A program made the position numbers and the translations under genes. The notes beneath the pieces were generated by a model that was given only the letters and a program-made list of their open reading frames with translations, did no database searches and was not told the origin of the DNA. From assembly GCA_965216875.1 (NCBI GenBank), contig OZ244207.1, positions 5,472,001 through 5,536,000 on the forward strand: DNA of 64,000 bases, given 5' to 3'. How positions within the stretch are numbered: position 1 is the stretch's first letter; each line of letters begins with the position of its first letter. Of the stretch, positions 10,456 through 20,176 are shown one piece after another. This DNA is from Rubripirellula sp. (lineage in GTDB: Bacteria; Planctomycetota; Planctomycetia; Pirellulales; Pirellulaceae).

Positions 10456-10711
10456 GGGCGTATGGTAGGCAGGAGGGTTTGGCCGCGTCAATGGTTCGCT
10501 TGAATTTGTTTTAACTTTACGTCTCGGCACTTTCCAACTCTGTGATCACACCGCCGCTTCGGTGGCTCGCCAGCGATCCCAGGATGAATGCCGTGAAAAT
10601 CGGCACAACCGTCACCCAATCCATCAGCCGCCCCCAATCTGAACTTCGCTCCGCTGTTCACCGAGCTAGGGTTTGGAATACACCCTCGTCTTCTCAACGT
10701 GAGAAAGCCCC

Positions 10712-11275
10712 ATGCTTCATTCGCGATCCGTTCTGCCCGCTCTAGCTTCACTCGCCCTCCTCTGTGCCGGTTGCCAACCAGCGCTCGAATACTCGGCCGA
10801 AGACCATCCGATGAAACGGTGCGCTGTCGGTTCGGGGGGATTCAGCTTCATGCACCCCGCCGGACTCAAACGCGTTCAACGATCCAGTGACCCACTCGGC
10901 TTTTATTTGACCGACGCCAAAGAACATTTCGCCATCTCGGTGGTCTGGGGTCCTGAAGGCGTGGATGCCCAATTCGTTGCCGAAATGATCGCTCTTTCGA
11001 TCGAAGGCGTTGAATCGATCGGCCAACCAGAAGCGATCACCATCGGATCGGCAACCGGCTTGAGCCAAACTCACCGACAATGGGATCGTTATGGCTACCG
11101 CCGCAGCAAAACGATTGTCGTCACCAACGCGAACGAGCGACTGATTTTCGAAATCGCCTACGCCGAAAACTACGAAACACAACTCGGGCCACTTGTCCAA
11201 CGTGTTGTCGATTCACTCAGTCACAAAGACAACTTTGCGATCCAGCGCGGTTTGGACGCAAGTCCTGCAACCTAA
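10712..11275 (+). CDS. Hypothetical lipoprotein (possibly PsbP-like fold)
   Basis: Lipobox LCAGC after a hydrophobic signal; fills the gap between the leuA leader and flhB. Confidence 0.6.
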   Translation: MLHSRSVLPALASLALLCAGCQPALEYSAEDHPMKRCAVGSGGFSFMHPAGLKRVQRSSDPLGFYLTDAKEHFAISVVWGPEGVDAQFVAEMIALSIEGVESIGQPEAITIGSATGLSQTHRQWDRYGYRRSKTIVVTNANERLIFEIAYAENYETQLGPLVQRVVDSLSHKDNFAIQRGLDASPAT

Positions 11276-11279
11276 CGGC

Positions 11280-11390
11280 GTGCCGGGCGCTGTGCCCGTG
11301 GCTTCACGGGCAATGTGCCCGAGGCCTCACGGCCAGCGCCTCACGAGAGGATGGCTTTTCCCATTCGTGCAATTCGTGTCATTCGTGGTT
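11280..11390. repeat. REP-like palindromes and a 3x ATTCGTG short periodic repeat
   Basis: TGCCCGTG-GCTT-CACGGGCA hairpin; ATTCGTG at 11363, 11372 and 11381. Confidence 0.55.
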
Positions 11391-11416
11391 CCCGCTTCCC
11401 TACCCGCCGTTCGTCT

Positions 11417-12505
11417 TTACGCGGCCGGGGCGGTCGCCTTCGGAATCTCTTTGCCTTGCATTTGGTAGACGTACCGCAACACTTCGGCAACCGCTTGGTA
11501 CTGTTCGGCTGGAATCACATCGCCGACCTCCACCGTTTTGTACAGCACCTGCGCTAGCGGCTTGCGTTCCACCACAGGGATTCCGTTTTCGAGAGCAAGG
11601 CGACGGATCTTTTGTGCGAGGACACCTGCCCCCTTTGCCAACACGATCGGTGCTGGCATGGATGTTGGATCGTATTTGATGGCGATTGCCAATTCGGTTG
11701 GGTTGCTGACGACGACGTCCGCTTTGGGGACCTCGGATTCAGCCCGTTGCATCATCATCTGGCGTTGGACCTGTTTGCGTCTGGCGGCGACTTGTGGGTC
11801 ACCTTCGGTCTCTTTGAGCTCGTCACGCAGCTCCTGGTCGGTCATCATCAGATCCTGCTCGTGTTTCCATTTTTGGAAGGCAAACTCGAGGATCGCCAAG
11901 ACAAACAATGCGACACCGATCCAAACACAGGTTCCCAGAATCGTTCGAAACATCGTGCTGGCGATTTGCGGGATCGTCAGCGACGCCATCGCGAGCACCG
12001 GATCGCGGTAGTGACGCAGCGCTGCAAACGCGACGCCGGCAATGATCAACACTTTGAAAAGCCCAAAGCCAAGTCGAGCAAGCCCCTGGACAGACAGGAT
12101 TCGCTTCGCGCCCGAAAGTGGGCTGATGTTGCTCATCTTGGGCGTGATTTTCTCGGTCGAAACGAGAATGCCTGTTTGAACCACGTTCACCAGCACGCCA
12201 GCGACAAGCATCGTCACCAACAAGGGAACAGCCGCGATCGCCAATCGACCGGCCGATCGCAGCAAAACGTTGGTCGCATCATTGGTTTGAAAATCTGCGA
12301 CGTGTGGCGCCGAAAGGGCGTCGGCGATCGCTTGAGCCATCTGCACACAGGCCGGTTCACCAAGCATCCAAAGAGCGGCCAGCGAGATCAGCAAGAGACC
12401 GGCCGACGTCAGGTCTTGGCTTTTGACAACCTGACCCTGTTCGCGCGCCTGACGACGCCGCTTGTCGGTTGCTGAGTGTTTCTTATCGCCACTGCTATCG
12501 GCCAT
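11417..12505 (-). CDS. flhB: Flagellar export switch protein FlhB
   Basis: ATDKRR..AREQGQV, EGDPQV, autocleavage motif NPTE (canonical NPTH), PIVLAKG, KPLAQVLY. Confidence 0.93.
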   Translation of the reverse strand: MADSSGDKKHSATDKRRRQAREQGQVVKSQDLTSAGLLLISLAALWMLGEPACVQMAQAIADALSAPHVADFQTNDATNVLLRSAGRLAIAAVPLLVTMLVAGVLVNVVQTGILVSTEKITPKMSNISPLSGAKRILSVQGLARLGFGLFKVLIIAGVAFAALRHYRDPVLAMASLTIPQIASTMFRTILGTCVWIGVALFVLAILEFAFQKWKHEQDLMMTDQELRDELKETEGDPQVAARRKQVQRQMMMQRAESEVPKADVVVSNPTELAIAIKYDPTSMPAPIVLAKGAGVLAQKIRRLALENGIPVVERKPLAQVLYKTVEVGDVIPAEQYQAVAEVLRYVYQMQGKEIPKATAPAA

Positions 12506-12525
12506 CGATCAATGCCTCAAACCGA

Positions 12526-13311
12526 TTACCAGAGCGCGGCGAACTGGTCGGCCAGTGCGGCCAATTCGCTCTGAAAGATGAGACCGGCCGAACCGAGCGT
12601 CAACGCCGACACGACCAACATGGCTAGCGCATTGATACTCAAACCAATCGCCAACACGTTGATCTGCGGCAACGTTCGGCTCACCAAGCCTGTGACCAAA
12701 TTACTAAGCAGCAATGCCGCAATCACCGGCGCCGCCACACGTACTCCGGCCGCCATTCCTCGTGTCAATTGTTCGACGATCAGCGTCAACATCGAATCGT
12801 GAAACGTCACATTGCCGGCCGGCAGTGCATCAAAGCTGTCGACCAACACGCCCAAGATGACTCGGTGACCGCCAACAGCCAACATGACGGCGGTGACCAA
12901 GAGCCCAACGAGCCGCGCCATCGAAGGCATCGAACTTGAGGTGGTCGGGTCGACCGCGTCGCCCAACTGCATCCCGCCAGTACTCGTGATCGCTTCGCCG
13001 GCGAGCTGCAAGCCGGTGATCAACAGCTGGACGGTTGCGCCGATCAACAATCCGATCAATCCCTCGCGTGCGATGGCAATCGCAAGATCGACAATGTGAT
13101 CGATGCGTGGCAACGAGTCGACGGGCGTTTGCGCGGCCACCGGTGGCAAAAGCAGGAACGTGATCAGCAGCGCCAGAAACGCGCGCACTCGACGTGGCAC
13201 GCCCACACCAATCGCGGGCATCGCCATCAACAGCGTGCTCAAGCGGGTTAAGACGAGCACACCGAGGACTAGATGATCAACAAACCACTGGGCTAACGCT
13301 TCCATCGCCAA
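12526..13311 (-). CDS. fliR: Flagellar export protein FliR
   Basis: Hydrophobic; EGLIGLLIG, QLAGE, GLVSRTLPQINV; lies between fliQ and flhB. Confidence 0.92.
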   Translation of the reverse strand: MAMEALAQWFVDHLVLGVLVLTRLSTLLMAMPAIGVGVPRRVRAFLALLITFLLLPPVAAQTPVDSLPRIDHIVDLAIAIAREGLIGLLIGATVQLLITGLQLAGEAITSTGGMQLGDAVDPTTSSSMPSMARLVGLLVTAVMLAVGGHRVILGVLVDSFDALPAGNVTFHDSMLTLIVEQLTRGMAAGVRVAAPVIAALLLSNLVTGLVSRTLPQINVLAIGLSINALAMLVVSALTLGSAGLIFQSELAALADQFAALW

Positions 13312-13339
13312 TTAGCTCGTCACTACCTCGTGTCAATCG

Positions 13340-13606
13340 TCAGGGAGAGCCAGCGTTCTCGAAGATCGTCTGCGTGAACTCGACCATGCGTGTCACCAGC
13401 CAAGGCAAACACGCGATCAAGACAGCCGCCATCGCCAACAACTTGGGAACAAACGCTACCGTCTGATCCTGGACCTGCGTCAGCGCCTGCATCAATCCGA
13501 CGATCAATCCGGCTGCCATTCCGACCAACAACAATGGCGTCGCAATCACAACAGCGGCAAGCAATGTTGATCGACAAAGGTCGACGGCGGTGGGTGCATC
13601 CAACAC
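13340..13606 (-). CDS. fliQ: Flagellar export protein FliQ
   Basis: GLIVGLMQALTQVQDQTVAFVPKL; start placed at GTG 13606 after AAGGA. Confidence 0.93.
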   Translation of the reverse strand: MLDAPTAVDLCRSTLLAAVVIATPLLLVGMAAGLIVGLMQALTQVQDQTVAFVPKLLAMAAVLIACLPWLVTRMVEFTQTIFENAGSP

Positions 13607-13647
13607 GTGATTCAATCCTTTTCTGCGAGACCTTGGGCGCAGTCCCG

Positions 13648-14571
13648 TCAACCAAGCGTCCCAAAGCTGTTCATCAACATCGTGACGACCAATCGCCAAC
13701 CGTCGACCAACACGAACAGCAACAACTTGAATGGCAATGAAACGACTTGGGGCGGCAACATCAACATCCCCATCGAGATGGTGACACTGGCGACAACCAG
13801 GTCGACGATCAAAAACGGCAAGTAGATTTGAAAGCCGAGCATGAACGAGGTTTTCAGTTCGCTCAGTATGTAGGCCGGCAACAACACTCGCATTGGCACA
13901 TCAGCAAAACTGCTCGGCACCGGCGAATCAGGCGACATGTAGCCGTAGAACAACAACACATCTTCTTGGTTCTGGGCCGTCGAGATTTGCCGCGACATGA
14001 ACTTTCGAATCGGAACCGAGCCAGCCTCATAGGCTTCGGTCAACGACATGTTCACTTCGGGATCGGTATACGGCTTGACACCCGCTTCGTAAACTTCGGT
14101 CCAAACGGGTGTCATGACAAACAGGGTCATGAACAGCGCAATGCTGGTCATCACTTGACTTGGTGGCAACGACTGCAAACCGAGTGCTTGTCGTAAAAGC
14201 CCAAGCACGATGATGATCCGAACATAGCAGGTCGTCATCAATAAGACGGCTGGCGCGAGGCTAAGCACCGTCAGCAGCAACAGCACCTGAAGCGTGCTCG
14301 AAAGACCTTCTGGGCTCGTCCACTCTTCAGGACCACCGCCAAGCATCTCAAGTGTCTCGACGGGAACTTTCACGGGCCCCTCCTGGGTCACCGTCACACC
14401 ATCGTCATCGATGCTGCTTCCCGATTTGAAAATCGTTGCGGCTGGGGCGCTTGATGGGCCCTGGGCGTTTGCTGCGTCCGTTGCGGTCTGCGCATACGCA
14501 GCCTGGCCCTCAAACGCGAACCCAACCAACACAAAAAGGACCAAACAACGAGCCAAAACGGAACGCTCCAC
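13648..14571 (-). CDS. fliP: Flagellar export protein FliP
   Basis: [53 protein letters not shown]. Confidence 0.96.
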   Translation of the reverse strand: MERSVLARCLVLFVLVGFAFEGQAAYAQTATDAANAQGPSSAPAATIFKSGSSIDDDGVTVTQEGPVKVPVETLEMLGGGPEEWTSPEGLSSTLQVLLLLTVLSLAPAVLLMTTCYVRIIIVLGLLRQALGLQSLPPSQVMTSIALFMTLFVMTPVWTEVYEAGVKPYTDPEVNMSLTEAYEAGSVPIRKFMSRQISTAQNQEDVLLFYGYMSPDSPVPSSFADVPMRVLLPAYILSELKTSFMLGFQIYLPFLIVDLVVASVTISMGMLMLPPQVVSLPFKLLLFVLVDGWRLVVTMLMNSFGTLG

Positions 14572-14711
14572 CGCCAGGGGACTTCGAGCACAACTGTAGC
14601 GGTGGCGAGATTAGGAAAAGGGCCCGTCGGAGCGAAAGGCAGATGTCGGCAGGGAGGAAGCGAAACTTGAGAGGAAACCAAAAAGAATCGTGTTTCACAC
14701 GTTTCACATTC

Positions 14712-14786
14712 GTAGGGTGTGTGCTTGCACGCACCAACTCAATAGCGGACACCCATCAATCGGGTGCGTGCAAGCACACACCCTAC
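14712..14786. repeat. Inverted pair of GTAG-type REPs
   Basis: GTAGGGTGTGTGCTTGCACGCACC (14712-14735) and its reverse complement (14763-14786); further copies near 42793, 43058, 47546, 47991. Confidence 0.88.
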
Positions 14787-14793
14787 GAGCCGA

Positions 14794-15258
14794 TCACGCG
14801 GGGTAGAGCTGGTAGAGCATGAGGTAGACGAGCACGCCCGTGACACTGACGTAGACCCAAATCGGGTAGGCGTAGCGAACAAGTTTCTTGTGGGCCACGA
14901 TGCGGCCCTTCATCGCCAAGAACACGGCACGAAGCACGAGAAACGGCACTGCGATCGCCAGCACCAAGTGCGTCAACAGGATCACGTAATAGGTGTACCT
15001 TGCTGCAACCGGCGCAATTTCGGGGTCGGTGGGAAATCGCTTATTCGGTTCACCCGTCGTTTGGAACAGAGCGACTTTGTGAAGTAAGTAGAGGAGCAGG
15101 AACAACGCGCTCACACTGACGGCGGTTAGCATCAGCTTTTTGTGTTTCCGCGCGTTGCCACCGCGAATGGCCTTAAAAGCCATCACTAACAAAACGGTTG
15201 CGATCGCATTGAGCGAAGCGGTCGCATGCGGAAGGTTGTCGGCGAGAAACGGCCACAC
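14794..15258 (-). CDS. DUF420 family membrane protein
   Basis: HKKLM, FLLLYLLH, ILLTHLVLA, HKKL.RYAYPIWVYVSVTGVLVYLMLY. Confidence 0.9.
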   Translation of the reverse strand: MWPFLADNLPHATASLNAIATVLLVMAFKAIRGGNARKHKKLMLTAVSVSALFLLLYLLHKVALFQTTGEPNKRFPTDPEIAPVAARYTYYVILLTHLVLAIAVPFLVLRAVFLAMKGRIVAHKKLVRYAYPIWVYVSVTGVLVYLMLYQLYPA

Positions 15259-15262
15259 AGTG

Positions 15263-15937
15263 CTAAGCGTCCTTGTTGATCAATTCGCGAATCTTGTCTT
15301 GCAACTGCTCGTACTGACGCTTTTCCGGCCACTGGTAGTAGCCAACAATTTCGCCTTCGGCATCGACCAAAACAAACTTCTCGGTGTGGAATTGTTTGTT
15401 CACCGGCAGACGATACATATCGGATCCGACACGTCGGATGTAGGTGAGATCACCCGTCATGAACAACCATTGATCCTTGTCGGCACCAAAGCGAGCAGCA
15501 TACTCACGAAGCTTTTCGGGAGTGTCGTTTTCAGGATCACAGGAGATCGCCACAAACCGCACCCCTTCGCCCTCAAAGGTCTCCTGGAGTTCCTTGAGCT
15601 TTTGGTTTTGCTGGATGCAAATGCTCGGGCATGTCGTGAAAAAGAAGCTGACGATGTAGGGCTGACCCAGCAGGTCATCAGTCGAAACGACTTCGCCGGT
15701 CCGTTCGGTCAACTCAAACTTATCCAACAACCTCGGACCACCGGGCGGCAAGGTGGGGTCACCACTGGATACTTCGGACGGGTCGAGATCGTTGCTACCA
15801 TCATCGGTGAAAACAACATCATCAGGGCCGGGCCCCGAATCGGTCGTCGACTCGGGAGCACCGCGCATTGACCGAACGACCAGTCCCAATGCGACACCAG
15901 TGACCAAGATGAAAGCGATATGCACAAACGTTTTCAT
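15263..15937 (-). CDS. SCO1/SenC copper chaperone
   Basis: FFTTCPSIC (CxxxC), DPENDTPE, conserved His in HTEKFVLVD. Confidence 0.93.
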   Translation of the reverse strand: MKTFVHIAFILVTGVALGLVVRSMRGAPESTTDSGPGPDDVVFTDDGSNDLDPSEVSSGDPTLPPGGPRLLDKFELTERTGEVVSTDDLLGQPYIVSFFFTTCPSICIQQNQKLKELQETFEGEGVRFVAISCDPENDTPEKLREYAARFGADKDQWLFMTGDLTYIRRVGSDMYRLPVNKQFHTEKFVLVDAEGEIVGYYQWPEKRQYEQLQDKIRELINKDA

Positions 15938-16018
15938 GAGCCTTTTCCCAATGAATTGTCGGTAAGGGTCAAGCGTCGGCCGACCCGGTTGCCAACCGGT
16001 GCATGGTGAGTGCAGGCA

Positions 16019-16912
16019 TTAGACCAGCACGTCCACTTTTCGACTGCCCCGCATCAACCACCACGCCATGGCAGTCGTTGCGACAACCGCCACCAGCGTG
16101 ACGATCCAACAGACGGCGGAACTCGGAGCGAAGCCTGCGGTTGAGAAGTCGACATTCGGATACAGCAACCGCCGCATCTCGACCATCGCATAACTCAGCG
16201 GATTCGCCCTCATGATACCTCCGAGGATCATTTGTCCTAGCGACGAACCGTCGCCCCACGCGGGAATCGGAAAGAACGATCCGCTTAGCAGCCACATCGG
16301 CATCAGACCGAGCATCATGATCGCGTGGAATCCCTGTGTGCTGTCCATCGGCCAAGCGACGATCATGCCAAGTGAACACATTCCGATTGCCATCAGGGCA
16401 AGCAATACGAGCAGCGGCCCCAACGACCAACTAAACGAAACCGTACCGACAACAAGTACAAGGACCAGGAACACAACCGCCTGCACCCATGCAATGGCGG
16501 ATCCACCGAGCACCTTACCAATCAACACAGGCCAACGGCCAATCGGAGCGACCAACACCGACTGCATAAACCCTTCGCGCCGATCTTCGATCACCGAAAT
16601 CGTCGCGAAGATCGCCGTGAAAAGAACAATCAACGCGATCGTCCCTGGCAGGAAGAACTGCATAAAGTCCTGCTGCCCCGCGCCTTCAAAACTGCCGCGC
16701 AAACCCGTTCCAAAAAGCACCCAGAACAACAGCGGTTGCACGATCGCCGCGGTCACGCGGTTGCGTTGGCGAAAGAAGCGAACCCATTCGCGCCGAGCCA
16801 ACATCCAGGCCGCGCCAAACCGCTGCGACGTCGACGGTGCGATGGCCGCGGGCGTGACAACGTTGGATTCTGGAAGTGACGTTTCGGTTTGTGCAGCAAG
16901 CGACATGATCAA
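16019..16912 (-). CDS. ABC-2 type transporter permease
   Basis: Six TMs; DRREGF..VLVAP, GKVLG, LSGSFFP, NPLSY. Confidence 0.9.
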   Translation of the reverse strand: MIMSLAAQTETSLPESNVVTPAAIAPSTSQRFGAAWMLARREWVRFFRQRNRVTAAIVQPLLFWVLFGTGLRGSFEGAGQQDFMQFFLPGTIALIVLFTAIFATISVIEDRREGFMQSVLVAPIGRWPVLIGKVLGGSAIAWVQAVVFLVLVLVVGTVSFSWSLGPLLVLLALMAIGMCSLGMIVAWPMDSTQGFHAIMMLGLMPMWLLSGSFFPIPAWGDGSSLGQMILGGIMRANPLSYAMVEMRRLLYPNVDFSTAGFAPSSAVCWIVTLVAVVATTAMAWWLMRGSRKVDVLV

Positions 16913-17874
16913 TCGAACTGATGGCCAGTCTTGGCAATAAAGACATCTTCCAAACTTGGACGACCGACCGAAATCGAATCGGCAAGATCACCCAAACACT
17001 CGGCGATTTTCGGGACCAACTCGGCTGGCGAATCGGATTGAATGCGAAGCTGGTTTTGCATCCGCTGCGATGTGAGCGACAGTTCAACCGACAGCTTCTT
17101 TTCAGCTTGTTCGATCGCTGCGGTCGACACGGTGACAACCCCGGCACCAATCTCGCCGCGCAAGGTTGCGGGTGATCCATCAGCGATGCACTTCCCGTCG
17201 CAAAGAATCGAAACGCGGTCCGCCTTATCGGCTTCCTCGAGCAAATGGGTCGTCAACACCACCGCCACGCCGTCATCGGCCATGGCTCTTAGTGCATTCC
17301 AAAGGCTGATGCGAGCAGCCGGGTCGAGGCCCGTGCTCGGTTCATCCAGTAGCATCAGTTTCGGGCGATGAAGCATCCCTTTGGCTAGTTCAACCCGACG
17401 CCGCATTCCGCCCGAAAGCGACTCGCAAAGATCGCCTCGCCGATCGATCAGTTCCATCTTCTCGAGGCATTCGTCCCGTCGCTGGCGAAGTTGCTGGCCA
17501 TGAATGCCGTAGAGTGCAGCTTGGCAGGCAAGGTTTTCGTCAACCGTTAGTTTTTTGTCCAAGCTTGGCGATTGAAAAACGATCCCGATGCGCGACCGCA
17601 CATCAAGCGCGCCCGAGGCAACATCGATTCCGTCGATCGAAACGCTGCCTTCTTGAATTGGCAGCAGTGTGCACAGAAGGCGAAAGAGCGTCGTCTTTCC
17701 GCTTCCATTGGGACCAAGCAGTGCCGAGATCTCACCGGCGCGTGCCGAGTAGTCAACGCCAGCGAGTGCAACGTGATCGGCATACCGATGATGCAGCTGC
17801 CTGACTTGGCACACGAGATCGTTGCGAGAGGTGTCAGCGACCTGCGCAGAATCGGCCGTTTCGATCGCGTTCAC
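16909..17874 (-). CDS. ABC transporter ATP-binding protein
   Basis: Walker A GPNGSGKT, signature LSGGM, Walker B LLDEP, TTH switch. Confidence 0.95.
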   Translation of the reverse strand: MNAIETADSAQVADTSRNDLVCQVRQLHHRYADHVALAGVDYSARAGEISALLGPNGSGKTTLFRLLCTLLPIQEGSVSIDGIDVASGALDVRSRIGIVFQSPSLDKKLTVDENLACQAALYGIHGQQLRQRRDECLEKMELIDRRGDLCESLSGGMRRRVELAKGMLHRPKLMLLDEPSTGLDPAARISLWNALRAMADDGVAVVLTTHLLEEADKADRVSILCDGKCIADGSPATLRGEIGAGVVTVSTAAIEQAEKKLSVELSLTSQRMQNQLRIQSDSPAELVPKIAECLGDLADSISVGRPSLEDVFIAKTGHQFD

Positions 17875-17883
17875 AGCGGCTGC

Positions 17884-18927
17884 TCACCAAAAGACGCGCA
17901 ACGTCACGATTGCCAACACGGCTGGCAAGACCAGCAACGACGAACGCAAGAGCTTTCGCGCCAGTGCATCGTTGGGATCGCCAGCAAAACGTAGCGATGC
18001 TTTGAGCATGGGATAGCCGCTGGCAAAGACACAGGCTGAACCGATCACGGCGCCAACCACACCACTTGGAATCCAACACAGGGTAATTCCACACGCGATC
18101 AACGCGATCGAACCAGCAATGCTCTGATAGGCCGCCGAGCGTCCGGTCGGCTCAACGGTCGTCGTCATGCAAAAACCAGCTTCACCGTATTGGCGTCGAT
18201 ACATCCATGCGATCGCCATGAAGTGCGGGTATTGCCAAGCGACCAAAACACCGACAAGCAGCCATGCGGTCCAATCGGTTAGTCCGCCACCCATTGCCGT
18301 GTAGCCAATCAGAACAGGCAAGGCACCGGCCACAGCGCCCACCGTGGTGTTCCATGCCGTGCGAGTCTTCATCGGTGTGTAGACCAACACGTACATCAAC
18401 CAAGTCACCGCGCCAGCGGCAGCCGGTTCGACACCAAAGCGAGCCGCCAACAACCAGGTTCCAGCGATTCCAAGCGTCGCGGTGTAGATCGAAGCCGGCA
18501 ACAGTTTCATGCGACCATCGGGCAGCGGACGCGTCGCGGTCCGCCCCATCCGTCGATCAATGTCATGTTCCCAAATCTGATTTGCTGCACCAGCGCTGGC
18601 TGCCACCAAGCCGGTTCCAAGCATCAACCAACAGAGGGCCGCGAGCGGGATCCAACCGCCGGCGGCGATCATTCCCGTTGCCATCGTTGTGACAAGGATC
18701 ATCACGACGATGCGTGGCTTGGTCAGCTGGACATAATCCGAAAGCACCGCCGACAAAGTAACCGCGGTCGACGCCGTGATCTCTTGCACGTCCGCACTCC
18801 CCTGACCTGCCGTTGCACACACACCTGATCCCATCGGACTCGACTCGCTGATCGTAGACGATTCGCTGTCCACACCCTTCACAGGTGCATCCATCGCGGT
18901 ATCGATCGTCAAAAGGTCGGTCGCCAT
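17884..18927 (-). CDS. ctaB: Protoheme IX farnesyltransferase (heme O synthase)
   Basis: LTKPRI, NQIWEHDIDRRMGRT..RPLP, YTPMK, WQYPHFMAIAW. Confidence 0.95.
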   Translation of the reverse strand: MATDLLTIDTAMDAPVKGVDSESSTISESSPMGSGVCATAGQGSADVQEITASTAVTLSAVLSDYVQLTKPRIVVMILVTTMATGMIAAGGWIPLAALCWLMLGTGLVAASAGAANQIWEHDIDRRMGRTATRPLPDGRMKLLPASIYTATLGIAGTWLLAARFGVEPAAAGAVTWLMYVLVYTPMKTRTAWNTTVGAVAGALPVLIGYTAMGGGLTDWTAWLLVGVLVAWQYPHFMAIAWMYRRQYGEAGFCMTTTVEPTGRSAAYQSIAGSIALIACGITLCWIPSGVVGAVIGSACVFASGYPMLKASLRFAGDPNDALARKLLRSSLLVLPAVLAIVTLRVFW

Positions 18928-18939
18928 TGGCTTACAAAA

Positions 18940-19989
18940 TCAGGTCGTGGCAAAAGTGTTTGATGAGTCTTTTGCTTCAGATGCTTCGGTTGATTGCCGC
19001 AGGTAACGTACTCGCAAGAGACGCACCCACAACATCGTGGAAACCGCAAGGATGAGTGATCCCGTAGCGACATGAGATGTCACCACCATCGAATCGAAGT
19101 AGCCTTTCGACTCGATCAGGAATCCGGTGGCTCCGGGAAACCAGCGTAGGAATTGTGGAAATCCATAGCTGACAACCCAAGTGCCCGTACCGAGGGCGAT
19201 CTGAATGGCGACTAATCCTATCAGGAGTCCGGCAGGACGCGACAGCGTCAAATCGCCGCAGCGCCGGACTCTCCACCAACCGAGGCCGGTTAATCCCCAC
19301 AACACAAATGCTGTCACAACGTGGTGAGCCACCAGCACTGCGAAATACTTGGGGGTTGAATCAGGTTGAATGTGGCGAATCTGGGCACCCAGGACTAACT
19401 GGGTGTAACTGAGCACCACTAACGAGCCAATCAGAAGGACGAGCCCCCGACCGATCAGACCGCTGCCGACAGGTGTCTCGTTCGGCTGGCAAAGTTTGCG
19501 CGACCACCAAAACCGACTGGTCACGACCGCCGCAACCACGCAGAGTGCGAACACCGCCGGCCCGACACAGCCATGAATCATGGCCAGCGTTCGGTCGCTG
19601 AGCACCACGCGCAGCCCACCCAAGACCCCCTGGCTGATCACTGCCAGCAACACGCCGATTGCTAGTAGGCGCGTCCAGCGTCTCGGATCTTGGCGAAAGG
19701 ATAAAGCCACAATCACGATGGCGACAAACCCAACGGTCGCGCCAAGCAGTCGGTGGCCATGCTCAATAAACAAGTCAAAGGGACCTGTGATCCAAGTCTC
19801 GATCGGATACAGGAACAGGTTGTAGCCATAGGTCCCAGGCCAATCGGGCACCGCCATGCCGGCGTCGTAGGTCGTGACCATGCCGCCAACCCAGATCAAC
19901 GGCCAGATGAGGCAGACCGACAGCACCGCCATTCGATGTAGCCATCGACCGGGTGGAGTCGTGATCGTTTCGACGGTGTTGTCGCTCAA
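18940..19989 (-). CDS. ctaA: Heme A synthase (COX15/CtaA)
   Basis: GGMVT..DAGMAVPDWP, EHGHRL, QGVLGGLRV and conserved His residues. Confidence 0.9.
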   Translation of the reverse strand: MSDNTVETITTPPGRWLHRMAVLSVCLIWPLIWVGGMVTTYDAGMAVPDWPGTYGYNLFLYPIETWITGPFDLFIEHGHRLLGATVGFVAIVIVALSFRQDPRRWTRLLAIGVLLAVISQGVLGGLRVVLSDRTLAMIHGCVGPAVFALCVVAAVVTSRFWWSRKLCQPNETPVGSGLIGRGLVLLIGSLVVLSYTQLVLGAQIRHIQPDSTPKYFAVLVAHHVVTAFVLWGLTGLGWWRVRRCGDLTLSRPAGLLIGLVAIQIALGTGTWVVSYGFPQFLRWFPGATGFLIESKGYFDSMVVTSHVATGSLILAVSTMLWVRLLRVRYLRQSTEASEAKDSSNTFATT

Positions 19990-19990
19990 C

Positions 19991-20176
19991 TCAGCCTCGG
20001 TGTTTCATTGCGTGAAAACGTTCGCCTGCAATACCACCAGCAACCGCGCCGCCTGCGCCGTAGAGCGCCGCGTTGACCATGCCACCGAACCCCAACAGGT
20101 TCATCGCGCCGATGCCAACCGCCAAACCAATGATGGCGCCGATGCTGCGGCAGTTCTCTTTGCTCATCGCGGACAC
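19991..20176 (-). CDS. Small two-TM hypothetical protein
   Basis: Gly-rich hydrophobic ORF that exactly fills the gap between the cytochrome c gene and ctaA. Confidence 0.65.
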   Translation of the reverse strand: MSAMSKENCRSIGAIIGLAVGIGAMNLLGFGGMVNAALYGAGGAVAGGIAGERFHAMKHRG

